DNA of 45,281 nucleotides, taken from positions 1-45,281 of the IMG/VR virus record IMGVR_UViG_3300017914_001375; one strand, given 5' to 3'. Origin of the DNA: a virus (taxonomy: Duplodnaviria; Caudoviricetes). The position numbers and the translations under genes are program-made. The first letter of the stretch is position 1, and each line of letters opens with the position of its first letter. Below are positions 1 to 7,730 of this stretch, one piece after another. The notes beneath the pieces were generated by a model. That model saw only the letters and a list, made by a program, of their open reading frames with translations. It was not told the DNA's origin and made no database searches.

Positions 1-2
1 GT

Positions 3-584
3 TCATTGATACCTAGGGTGTACATAAAACATGTGATCGTCGACTTGCACTACATGTTGCATAGTTGCAGCCCAATAAGGCTGTACATAATTTGCATGGT
101 AAAACATAGCACCAGATGATAAGTCTGGATACTTACCGGACACTACATCGCTGGCTATTGAAATTGCATCTCCCCATGCTTTCATGTCCTTGGGCGTATC
201 GCTTTTGCCATCGCAATACCAACTGAATTGACATTGGTTAATAACAGGCACATTTCTACCGTGATTTTCCTTCCACCATTTGCTGTACCTTGCTTGATAT
301 ATTACATCGCAAATTGTGTTAGGGAAGTAATTACTTTTTACTCTGTTCATCACTACTTGAGATACAGCAACTTTGCCTTCTAATGACTCGCCCCTGGCTT
401 CGTGGTAGATGTTCAATGCCAAACACTCAACTTGTTTGAAGTCAGTTGTGGGCATTGGTGGTGTTTTAATCTCAAACACAATTGGCTCGTTGATCACAGG
501 AACATATTCAATTTTTGGATGTGTAAAAAAATACGAAACTGTGAGTATAAAGACTGATAACGCAGTTAACATGTATCTATACAT
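3..584 (-). CDS. SleB/CwlJ-like cell wall hydrolase (Hydrolase_2) with N-terminal hydrophobic segment
   Basis: CLALNIYHEARGE, VVMNRV, CQFSW and FYHA motifs. Start moved from 599 to 584 because AAGGAG lies just upstream of that ATG. Confidence 0.9.
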   Translation of the reverse strand: MYRYMLTALSVFILTVSYFFTHPKIEYVPVINEPIVFEIKTPPMPTTDFKQVECLALNIYHEARGESLEGKVAVSQVVMNRVKSNYFPNTICDVIYQARYSKWWKENHGRNVPVINQCQFSWYCDGKSDTPKDMKAWGDAISIASDVVSGKYPDLSSGAMFYHANYVQPYWAATMQHVVQVDDHMFYVHPRYQ

Positions 585-608
585 TTGCAACTCCTTCATT
601 TTAAATTT

Positions 609-896
609 CTAGACCAGTTTGATACTAGAAGTCATTTCAATGTATTTGTCTGCGATTTCTTTTTGTGTTGTAGCGTATGTGAGTACCGTATCTTTATTTA
701 GTGTGATTTGTGATGGTTCAGCACTCATTATCCATGGTACCATTCCAATACCTTGAGCACCAGGTGCTAACACAACTGCTTTGCTCACAGACAATCCGCT
801 GTCTGTGCTTTCTTCAAAACGGGCAATAAGTTCTTCGCCTGTTGTTAGTTTTACTGTGACTACGTCGCCACTTTTTAAAGGTTTATCAAACAGCAT
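609..896 (-). CDS. Sm-like fold phage protein
   Basis: VVTVKLTTGEELIA...PW pattern, similar to 39747..40061. GGAGA RBS precedes the ATG at 896. Confidence 0.55.
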   Translation of the reverse strand: MLFDKPLKSGDVVTVKLTTGEELIARFEESTDSGLSVSKAVVLAPGAQGIGMVPWIMSAEPSQITLNKDTVLTYATTQKEIADKYIEMTSSIKLV

Positions 897-924
897 ATTT
901 TCTCCATTTCTGTATGTTTTATAC

Positions 925-953
925 ATTATATACTATGTTAATGACTAGGTCAA
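925..953 (-). promoter_or_regulatory. sigma70-type promoter
   Basis: TTGACC-17 nt-TATAAT on the minus strand upstream of the Sm-like gene. Confidence 0.8.
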
Positions 954-1099
954 CACTTTTCTGCACCAAAATTTCCTGTTTTTACACACTTTTTTGCGGA
1001 TAGTGTTAAATAAAAACGTTGGACAGGATAATTTGGTCTAGCATAGTTATAAAATATTGCGTCCCTCTTAGAATACGCTAAATAGTTCAGGAGAACTCA

Positions 1100-1162
1100 A
1101 TGACTGTCTCAACAACGAACAACAAGTGGCGCCACTTGTATTTTACAACTAGACGGTTTTAA
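1100..1162 (+). CDS. putative 20-aa micropeptide MTVSTTNNKWRHLYFTTRRF
   Basis: TAAATA at 1079-1084, AGGAG RBS, ATG 1100, TAA 1160-1162. Confidence 0.35.
   Translation: MTVSTTNNKWRHLYFTTRRF
1122..1139. repeat. perfect 18-bp palindrome ACAAGTGGCGCCACTTGT (terminator or operator)
   Basis: Self-complementary, just downstream of the minus-strand operon ending at 1159. Confidence 0.7.
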
Positions 1163-1992
1163 ATTAGTTTAAGGCCAGATGCAGAACCATCTGAATTTTG
1201 GGTTACTTCTAGCTCAGAAAACTCAAACTCTTCACCAGTAATTCTACGCCACAGTTCCCACTGTAGCAACAGTGTGTTTGCTGCACCTCTTGTTCCATGT
1301 AAATGCACAATGTTGGCATCATTCATGTGTATGCCATTCCATGTTTCTAAATAGTTGTGCAACTCAGCATTGTCTATGTTATTATATGGAACCTGCATTG
1401 CTTGGAAATTCATTTCAGGCTTTAACCAAGTGGCCACGTCTGGGTCCTGACTGTACATCATTTCATTAAAAATGATTTGTTCTGTTCCCCAAATATTATA
1501 GTCCCAATCGCTTGCGTATTTCCAGCCCAAGTCCCAAACATCGCTAGTCATAGCACTAGGATAGTATCTGCAACCTGCATTGAAGTAATGTTCGTGCATC
1601 AAATTGTATTTGTTGTTAGCGTCTTCGCCTTCCAGCGTTTTGGGGTCAGTATAATTAAAAAGTTGAAAGCGATCAAACTTGCCAAATACTTCCACTGGAT
1701 TGATTACAAGTGTGTCGCAATCTAAAAATAAAATGTTATTGGGGTCTTCGTGATTCCACTCATCATACACATGTTGAAAGTTGTTGTGAAATATTTGTTG
1801 ATAACTGTCAACTTCGTCTCTGAAAATAACAGTTTCAAAATCTTCTTGTATAAATGTTTCAGCACTGTGCTGTACAATTTCTGCCATAGATTTATACAGT
1901 GTGTATGTTTTTTCTGCGCCTACTTCTTTGTTGTATTCCAGTTTGTCGTCAGTTTTGATTCTGCTAACTGCCATACATAATTTATTCTTCAT
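1159..1992 (-). CDS. GT-A fold glycosyltransferase-like protein
   Basis: ILFLDCD (DxD), FNAG, EQ..FN and HLHG motifs typical of GT8-like enzymes. Confidence 0.7.
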   Translation of the reverse strand: MKNKLCMAVSRIKTDDKLEYNKEVGAEKTYTLYKSMAEIVQHSAETFIQEDFETVIFRDEVDSYQQIFHNNFQHVYDEWNHEDPNNILFLDCDTLVINPVEVFGKFDRFQLFNYTDPKTLEGEDANNKYNLMHEHYFNAGCRYYPSAMTSDVWDLGWKYASDWDYNIWGTEQIIFNEMMYSQDPDVATWLKPEMNFQAMQVPYNNIDNAELHNYLETWNGIHMNDANIVHLHGTRGAANTLLLQWELWRRITGEEFEFSELEVTQNSDGSASGLKLI

Positions 1993-2521
1993 TTGTAAAT
2001 CCTACTTGTTGATCAAGTCCTGTAAAAATTTCTTTTAATTTCCATTCACTTCTTGTTTTAATGAATCTTAACGCTTTTGCAACATCAGCAGTTGTTGCAT
2101 CATCGACTAAAATAATTCCGCCGGGTGCTAAATGCTTTTGTGCAAAAAACAAATTGTACAGCGTAGCCTCGTATTTGTGAATTGCATCAATGTAAATAAA
2201 ATTATACATGGGCAAATCTTCTGCAATAAACGCTTCAATGTTTTTGTTTACTATACTTATTTTGTCGCTGTTTGCACACAGTGATAAGTTGGCTCTTGCT
2301 AATGTGTATTGACTTGGCTGATGAAAATTGTCAACTGTGGTAAGTCTGCTGTTTTTGTGTGTTAATAAATTTTCTGCAATCCAATATGCACTACTGCCGG
2401 TACCCGTTCCGAGTTCCAGGATATTCAGTTCATCGTCTATGTTCATTTGTACTCGGTCAAAAGCATGTATCCACTTTTCTCCCCAAACAAAAAAATTTTG
2501 ATGTGCAAAGTTAGGCTTCAT
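1982..2521 (-). CDS. class I SAM-dependent methyltransferase
   Basis: ILELGTGTGSS, FIYIDAIH and L.PGGIILVDD motifs. Confidence 0.85.
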   Translation of the reverse strand: MKPNFAHQNFFVWGEKWIHAFDRVQMNIDDELNILELGTGTGSSAYWIAENLLTHKNSRLTTVDNFHQPSQYTLARANLSLCANSDKISIVNKNIEAFIAEDLPMYNFIYIDAIHKYEATLYNLFFAQKHLAPGGIILVDDATTADVAKALRFIKTRSEWKLKEIFTGLDQQVGFTNEE

Positions 2522-3204
2522 TAAAATGGTAACTCATACCCAAATCTTTGATGGTCCTCTCCGTATACTTGGGTGTATAATTCTACAAATCTATCAGAGG
2601 GCTTTATGCCCATTTTAGTAGGTCTTATTTTTTTCAAGTCTACTTTGTTGTACATTGTAGGTAGTTCTGGTAGACTGTATTTGGATTGCATTTCTTTCCA
2701 GCACTCATCGAGACGTTCATAATAATAGACTTCTGTGTTCTGTCCTACAAAATGATGTTGAGGACGCCAATGGTTGTCCATATGAAATATGTTTGTTCCA
2801 TCCAACCATGCTTGTTTGTTTTGCTGATACTGTTTTTCGTTGTTAATGTAGTTTGATAAATTGTTCACAATGTATATCTGTAATCTAGCAAAAAAATCTT
2901 CTGAGTATAGATCATCGCCCCCGTGTCTCCACATTAACTCACTGATACATCTAGTAAACGGATTTCTCACAACGGTAAATTCATGTGTGATATCATATTT
3001 AGGATATATGTTGTAAACAATTAAATCTCTATGCCAATGTTGAGGATTACATGGCTTCCAGTCGGGTACCTTGTTTCTTGCAGGCTCGATCAAAAAATCT
3101 ATATCCCAGTCTGCATTTTCGAATGCTCTTTCTATAGAAGTGCCAGCAGATTTAGGTATGTGCACAAACAGTATCTTGTTGTCATTTTTTGTAAAAACCG
3201 GCAC
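2521..3204 (-). CDS. sulfotransferase family 2 protein
   Basis: FVHIPKSAGTS (5'-PSB loop), VRNP..R..S (3'-PB) and HWRPQ. Confidence 0.85.
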   Translation of the reverse strand: MPVFTKNDNKILFVHIPKSAGTSIERAFENADWDIDFLIEPARNKVPDWKPCNPQHWHRDLIVYNIYPKYDITHEFTVVRNPFTRCISELMWRHGGDDLYSEDFFARLQIYIVNNLSNYINNEKQYQQNKQAWLDGTNIFHMDNHWRPQHHFVGQNTEVYYYERLDECWKEMQSKYSLPELPTMYNKVDLKKIRPTKMGIKPSDRFVELYTQVYGEDHQRFGYELPF

Positions 3205-3207
3205 TCT

Positions 3208-4587
3208 TTAATTCTCCAAAATCCAATTAATGTTATCCATGCTTGGACTCTTTAGGTCATTATTGCAAACAAAGTCTTTGAGTGCATCTAGCACACTGTC
3301 TCTATAACCATCTAATAATGTTTGCCTATTTTCGATCAACATACGTTTGTACTTTGTTTTATATTTCCAAAGTTCCTCGCTTGATATGTTGAGAGTTTTT
3401 GTAACACACTGCTTGTATGCAAACCATCTTGCAAGATCATTCTCATAAACATCGTAACTATAATCAATAAAAGGCGGTAGTTGAATTCCGTACTTGTCTT
3501 TGATATCTGTAATCATACCACAATACCCAAAAGGCATAATGAAATGTCCTTTCACTATGGGATTCCATGTTTTTTCAGTTAAGCCAGTTACTTTATCCTC
3601 GAGACGTGTGTTTGACGTTACTGTTTCAGTGTAAATACTAATAACCGATTGTTCATAATATGCGTTGTGGATAGGAGCCCAGTCAAATCCTACAGAGCCT
3701 CCCAAATGACTTTCAAAGTCTTTAAGACTTTGCGATACTAGTATATTGCCGTATGCAGAATCACTGTAAAATCCAGGCCAGTGTTTTAAATGACTGAGTA
3801 AATCTTTTCTTATTGCATCTCTCAATCCCCAGTTTGTTCTAGCCTGTAAAATTGTCTTTACATGTTTATGCGAAATGTAGAATCCTGTTTTTTCACTGTT
3901 GAGATATGCTGCATCTCTGTATTTACAGGGAGACAAATATTTTTGTATTTGTCCTCGGTCAAAAAAATGTTGATAGTAGTCAGGTTCACAGACTTGATTT
4001 AAATCACTTAAACAATAGTAATCTTTATCAATACTGCCTGACTCAGGCAACGGGTATTGATTGTTACGCCTACCTGTGTGAGTAAAAATTTTATCAGGTT
4101 GATCTTTGAAAAAACAATACTGTCTATTCCATAAGAAATCAGTGTACCTCACAGATTCTGAAAAGTCATGCAGTTCTTTGTCACGTGATTTTAATTCACG
4201 GTTAATGCCCAGCATAACAAAACTTGGCCTATGATTTTCTTCTATGGAGCTCAATATACTGTTTACTTCATGTGCTACATCTAGGATATTTTTAATTGAG
4301 CTGTGACCTTCGCCAATGTGTTGGGTATAATCACAATCCACTAAAACTTGCGTTGGTTTTAAATGGTTTAACAGTTGTCTAAAAGTACCTTCAAAATTAT
4401 CATTGTGCTGAACGTGATTTACAACACTCACAGGCACGATATCAGCATCATCAAGTACATCTGTGTATTCAAAAATAGGTTCACAAAAAACAACAGCAAT
4501 ATCGAATATGTTGGGTGGAAACAGTTCAGCAGGCCCAACTAGTGTTTCGGATAGATATACTTTTAATTTCCTATTGCTTGTTTCCAT
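3208..4587 (-). CDS. hypothetical protein, possible GT-B glycosyltransferase-like C-terminus
   Basis: 459-aa ORF. TET...LTEKTW.PI..G.F and IDYSYD resemble glycosyltransferase-like phage proteins. Confidence 0.5.
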   Translation of the reverse strand: METSNRKLKVYLSETLVGPAELFPPNIFDIAVVFCEPIFEYTDVLDDADIVPVSVVNHVQHNDNFEGTFRQLLNHLKPTQVLVDCDYTQHIGEGHSSIKNILDVAHEVNSILSSIEENHRPSFVMLGINRELKSRDKELHDFSESVRYTDFLWNRQYCFFKDQPDKIFTHTGRRNNQYPLPESGSIDKDYYCLSDLNQVCEPDYYQHFFDRGQIQKYLSPCKYRDAAYLNSEKTGFYISHKHVKTILQARTNWGLRDAIRKDLLSHLKHWPGFYSDSAYGNILVSQSLKDFESHLGGSVGFDWAPIHNAYYEQSVISIYTETVTSNTRLEDKVTGLTEKTWNPIVKGHFIMPFGYCGMITDIKDKYGIQLPPFIDYSYDVYENDLARWFAYKQCVTKTLNISSEELWKYKTKYKRMLIENRQTLLDGYRDSVLDALKDFVCNNDLKSPSMDNINWILEN

Positions 4588-5600
4588 AATTGCTCACTGG
4601 CTAGATTCTTTGCTTTTGCTTCGCACTGTATGTCAAAGTCTTTCCAAAAACTGATAGCCCAAGCATTTACTTCTTCGTTTGGGTAGTAGTCGGAGTGTGC
4701 TCTGAGCTTTTGCTTTTTATGGCCTGCTTCAAGAAGTCCCACAATATCATGCATGCCACTGTGGGGATTGCTAACAGCAGGTAGATGCTCGTTACGACTG
4801 TAACTGTAATGCATAGCAGGGCGAACTCCACGCCAACTGTCGATAACTGCTTTAACTCTGTCATCCTCTGGTTGTATGTATTCTTCATCTCTGATCCAGT
4901 GGTGGTGTATGTCTAACACCAGGGCCACATGCTCCTTTAGTTTGAGACTTTCATCGAGACCCCAACACATTTCGTCGTTCTCAATGGTAATAGTATTTAG
5001 TGCTTCGGGCGACAATTTAGGAAGTACTTTGATAATACCTTCAGCACCTTGTCTACCTGAGATGTGTACATTGATCTTCATGTCTTGCCACTGTTGGCCA
5101 AATCCCATCCAACGTGCCATGTTTACATGATACTCAAACTCGTCGATACTGCGTTCAACAACATCTGGTTTGTCGCTAGCCAATACACAAAACTGCCCAG
5201 GATGGAAACTGATACGAACATCAAGATCACGAGCCAATTGACCCACCTTGGCGAATCCTTTCTCCAGCATTCTGATATTATCAGGATCGTCCCAAACGTA
5301 GCGATAGTTTGGCTCAGTAGCCATAGGTATTTGATTACTTCCAAGTCTGACCATTCTCCTGTTTTCCGGTAAACTGCCAACCCATTCAACAAGATTGTAT
5401 GCACTCTGCATGTTGTGTTCTGCAATTTCCAACATGCGATTTTCTGCTACAATATTTTCTTGTCGCTTCATCCAAGCAACAGTGGTTTGCTTTTCTGTGT
5501 AATTTTGTTGAATTTCTTTGAGAATTTTAGGCTTCTGTGTTTGATCTGGGTCCAGATACTTACAGCAAAAACCAATACGTTGTATACTTTGATCAAACAT
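4563..5600 (-). CDS. uvsE: UV damage endonuclease
   Basis: RIGF, RISFHPGQFCVLAS, NVH, TIENDE, VLDIHHHW, HYS, AHSDY and CEAKAK motifs. Confidence 0.93.
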   Translation of the reverse strand: MFDQSIQRIGFCCKYLDPDQTQKPKILKEIQQNYTEKQTTVAWMKRQENIVAENRMLEIAEHNMQSAYNLVEWVGSLPENRRMVRLGSNQIPMATEPNYRYVWDDPDNIRMLEKGFAKVGQLARDLDVRISFHPGQFCVLASDKPDVVERSIDEFEYHVNMARWMGFGQQWQDMKINVHISGRQGAEGIIKVLPKLSPEALNTITIENDEMCWGLDESLKLKEHVALVLDIHHHWIRDEEYIQPEDDRVKAVIDSWRGVRPAMHYSYSRNEHLPAVSNPHSGMHDIVGLLEAGHKKQKLRAHSDYYPNEEVNAWAISFWKDFDIQCEAKAKNLASEQLWKQAIGN

Positions 5601-5619
5601 AACTCACCTATATATTAAC

Positions 5620-5694
5620 TGGTACCCTGTAGGAGAATCGAACTCCTGTTGCCAGGATGAAAACCTGGTGTCCTAACCACTAGACGAACAGGGC
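5620..5694 (-). tRNA. tRNA-Glu(UUC)
   Basis: Cloverleaf GCCCTGT..ACAGGGT-ACCA, anticodon arm CCAGG-TTTTCAT-CCTGG. Confidence 0.96.
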
Positions 5695-5700
5695 ATGAAC

Positions 5701-5797
5701 TGGAGGGATGGATTGCAGTTGTTACACCAGTTGTGTAATAAAATGTGAACTTGGTAATCATTCGCAATCCTGTCCCTTACCCGAGTCATATAGACCC
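5701..5797 (-). ncRNA. putative structured RNA ending in stem plus CCA
   Basis: AGGGA/TCCCT and GGATTGCG/TGCAATCC stems, inner TTACAC/GTGTAA hairpin, 5' GGGTC/GACTC hairpin. 3' CCA lies 6 nt before tRNA-Glu. Confidence 0.55.
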
Positions 5798-5808
5798 CTA
5801 TTAAAAAT

Positions 5809-5914
5809 ATTGTAGACGGTACACATTGGGAATTTACCATGGGGAACAGTTGTCATACTACACTTACCTTTCTTACCCAAACCCATTTTACGAAATACCA
5901 CACGGGCCTACAAT
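5809..5914 (-). ncRNA. putative ~106-nt rod-shaped small RNA
   Basis: Starts at the expected TSS of a perfect sigma70 promoter. Ends pair (ATTGTAGGC/GTCTACAAT), internal TGGG/CCCA pairs, followed by a T5 tract. Confidence 0.55.
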
Positions 5915-5922
5915 TTGTATAT

Positions 5923-5951
5923 ATTATATTACAACCATGCATGGTTGTCAA
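5923..5951 (-). promoter_or_regulatory. consensus sigma70 promoter with palindromic spacer
   Basis: TTGACA-17-TATAAT. Perfect palindrome ACAACCATGCATGGTTGT at 5931-5948. Confidence 0.9.
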
Positions 5952-5958
5952 CCTGTTT

Positions 5959-5988
5959 AAAAAGAAGAGAGTGTCCGAAGACACCCTC
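5959..5988 (-). terminator. Rho-independent terminator
   Basis: GAGGGTGTC-TTCG-GACACTCTC followed by TTCTTTTT. Confidence 0.88.
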
Positions 5989-6000
5989 GATAAGAAAAGG

Positions 6001-6234
6001 TTACTTAGACGACTTAACACCAAATATGCTTAAAATGATGATAAGAACGATTAAACCTACTAAGCCTTGATCACCTAATGATGACACAAGTGCTGATAAG
6101 TTACCGACTACATCGCCTATAAGTACAGTTGAGCCAAACAGAATGTTTGCCACTATACCTAAACCCAATAAACCTACCAATATTCCAGTTAATCCGGATA
6201 CTGCTAAGTTAATATTTTCTATTACTGATTTCAT
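6001..6234 (-). CDS. small membrane protein (2 hydrophobic helices)
   Basis: AGGAG RBS, own promoter and terminator, very hydrophobic. Confidence 0.8.
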   Translation of the reverse strand: MKSVIENINLAVSGLTGILVGLLGLGIVANILFGSTVLIGDVVGNLSALVSSLGDQGLVGLIVLIIILSIFGVKSSK

Positions 6235-6268
6235 AAAAACCTCCTATGAATTAAGTAATGAACTGCAT

Positions 6269-6297
6269 ATTATACAAAGTTTGTAGGGTTTTGTCAA
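6269..6297 (-). promoter_or_regulatory. consensus sigma70 promoter
   Basis: TTGACA-17-TATAAT. Confidence 0.88.
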
Positions 6298-6506
6298 CCT
6301 TTTATATGACCGGTTGCGTTGAGGATATCCAATGCCGCTTGAGTTTCTGCAGCTGTTGTTGCAGTGATTGCAACAGGTTTGGAAAATGCAGACAGCATCA
6401 GTATAACTGTGTCGTATAAGTGCTCTACTTTCTCAGCCGTAAGCAATGTTTCTCCTTCGTGCACTAGCAGGTACTGATTATCGCTGTCTCTGAATTGTAT
6501 CTCCAT
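6294..6506 (-). CDS. hypothetical protein
   Basis: 70-aa ORF preceded by TATAAGTA-5 nt-ATG (late promoter variant). Confidence 0.65.
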   Translation of the reverse strand: MEIQFRDSDNQYLLVHEGETLLTAEKVEHLYDTVILMLSAFSKPVAITATTAAETQAALDILNATGHIKG

Positions 6507-6550
6507 GCAAGTACTTATAACTTTTTAGGTTTGTGTATTTTGATTTTTGA

Positions 6551-6556
6551 TAAATA
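6551..6556 (+). promoter_or_regulatory. T4-like late promoter
   Basis: ATAAATA at the head of the plus-strand block. Confidence 0.65.
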
Positions 6557-6594
6557 CAATTAGTAAAATAATACAACTCAAACTGGAGTTCAAA

Positions 6595-7203
6595 GTGGCC
6601 GAGATCAAAAAATATAACTTAAAGGGTGTTAATGCTAATGTAGAGCTGGGTAAAAAAGGTTCCTATATTAGTGGTAATGCTGATGCAGTATCGTTTTTCA
6701 CAGTAGATGACGCATTGCAAAATGTAAAAATAGCAAATGCTACTTCAGCACAGCATGCTGTAACAAAAGCTCAATTAGACAATGTTACTAATGATTTAGT
6801 ACAGCATATTACTTACGATTTTGATTACAATTCAGGTAGTAGTAATATTGCTAATATTTCAGCAGACAGCAGAGTAATTGGTGTTACAGTGGATATTCCA
6901 ACAGCATGGGGCGGTACATCAAATAACCAGGCAACTTATGTTGAGATTGGAGACAGCAATAACGGTAGCAGATTCATTAGAGCAAAAGACGTTGACGTTT
7001 TGGTAGCAGGGCAATACCATAGCCAATATCAATACGAATACGTCAGTGCTGATCAACTAACAATCAACGTTGTGCAAGGTGCAGCAACATCAGGTTCGGG
7101 ACAGATAAGCATCTTGTTATCAAGTGGTATTATCACTGTCACTGACTATGGTAGTATCAGTTCAGCATCTAGCAGCAATGACGACTTAGGTAACATAGCA
7201 TAA
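6595..7203 (+). CDS. putative virion structural protein (paralog A)
   Basis: GGAG RBS and GTG start at 6595. Ser/Thr/Asn/Gly-rich with HAVTKAQLD neck-like motif. Confidence 0.65.
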   Translation: MAEIKKYNLKGVNANVELGKKGSYISGNADAVSFFTVDDALQNVKIANATSAQHAVTKAQLDNVTNDLVQHITYDFDYNSGSSNIANISADSRVIGVTVDIPTAWGGTSNNQATYVEIGDSNNGSRFIRAKDVDVLVAGQYHSQYQYEYVSADQLTINVVQGAATSGSGQISILLSSGIITVTDYGSISSASSSNDDLGNIA

Positions 7204-7730
7204 TGAAACAGTATAACTTAGGTGGTTTAGGGGCAAATGTCGAACTAGGCAAAAGTGGTCCTAGTATTGTTGGTAGCGATTCATCTCAGGTCACATTAAA
7301 CAATGCTAGTGGTAACTTGACTTTGGCCAGAGTTGCTGAAGGCACAGATGCGGATCACGCTGTCCAGAAACAGCAATTAGACGGCCAACAGAGTCAAAAG
7401 ATACAGTTTTTTAAAACCACAGTAAATCATAATGGCGGTAATGTTAGTCTTGGAACTGCGCCGGCAAACACAAGTATCTTATCAGTGACTGTTGAGCGTG
7501 TGGCTGCATGGACGGGCTATGACAGCACATCAGAAATTACAGTTGGCGATGTGGGCGATATAGATAGATTATTCAGTGATTTTGATCCTGACGGTGGGCA
7601 AGTCATTGAGCAATGTAATTATCAATACTCAGCAGATACAACGTTGAATGCTTATGTTACATCGGGTAGTGCTAGTGCAGGCACAGCAACAATCGTAATC
7701 AAATATACAAGTCCAGGTAAGATAGAATGA
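7203..7730 (+). CDS. putative virion structural protein (paralog B)
   Basis: Shares YNL.G..ANVELGK.G and HAV.K.QLD with the upstream gene. Confidence 0.65.
   Translation: MKQYNLGGLGANVELGKSGPSIVGSDSSQVTLNNASGNLTLARVAEGTDADHAVQKQQLDGQQSQKIQFFKTTVNHNGGNVSLGTAPANTSILSVTVERVAAWTGYDSTSEITVGDVGDIDRLFSDFDPDGGQVIEQCNYQYSADTTLNAYVTSGSASAGTATIVIKYTSPGKIE

Noticed and set aside
960-1160. tmRNA in the intergenic region
   Set aside because: There are no tRNA-Ala-like ends or T-arm, and no tag peptide ending in AA.
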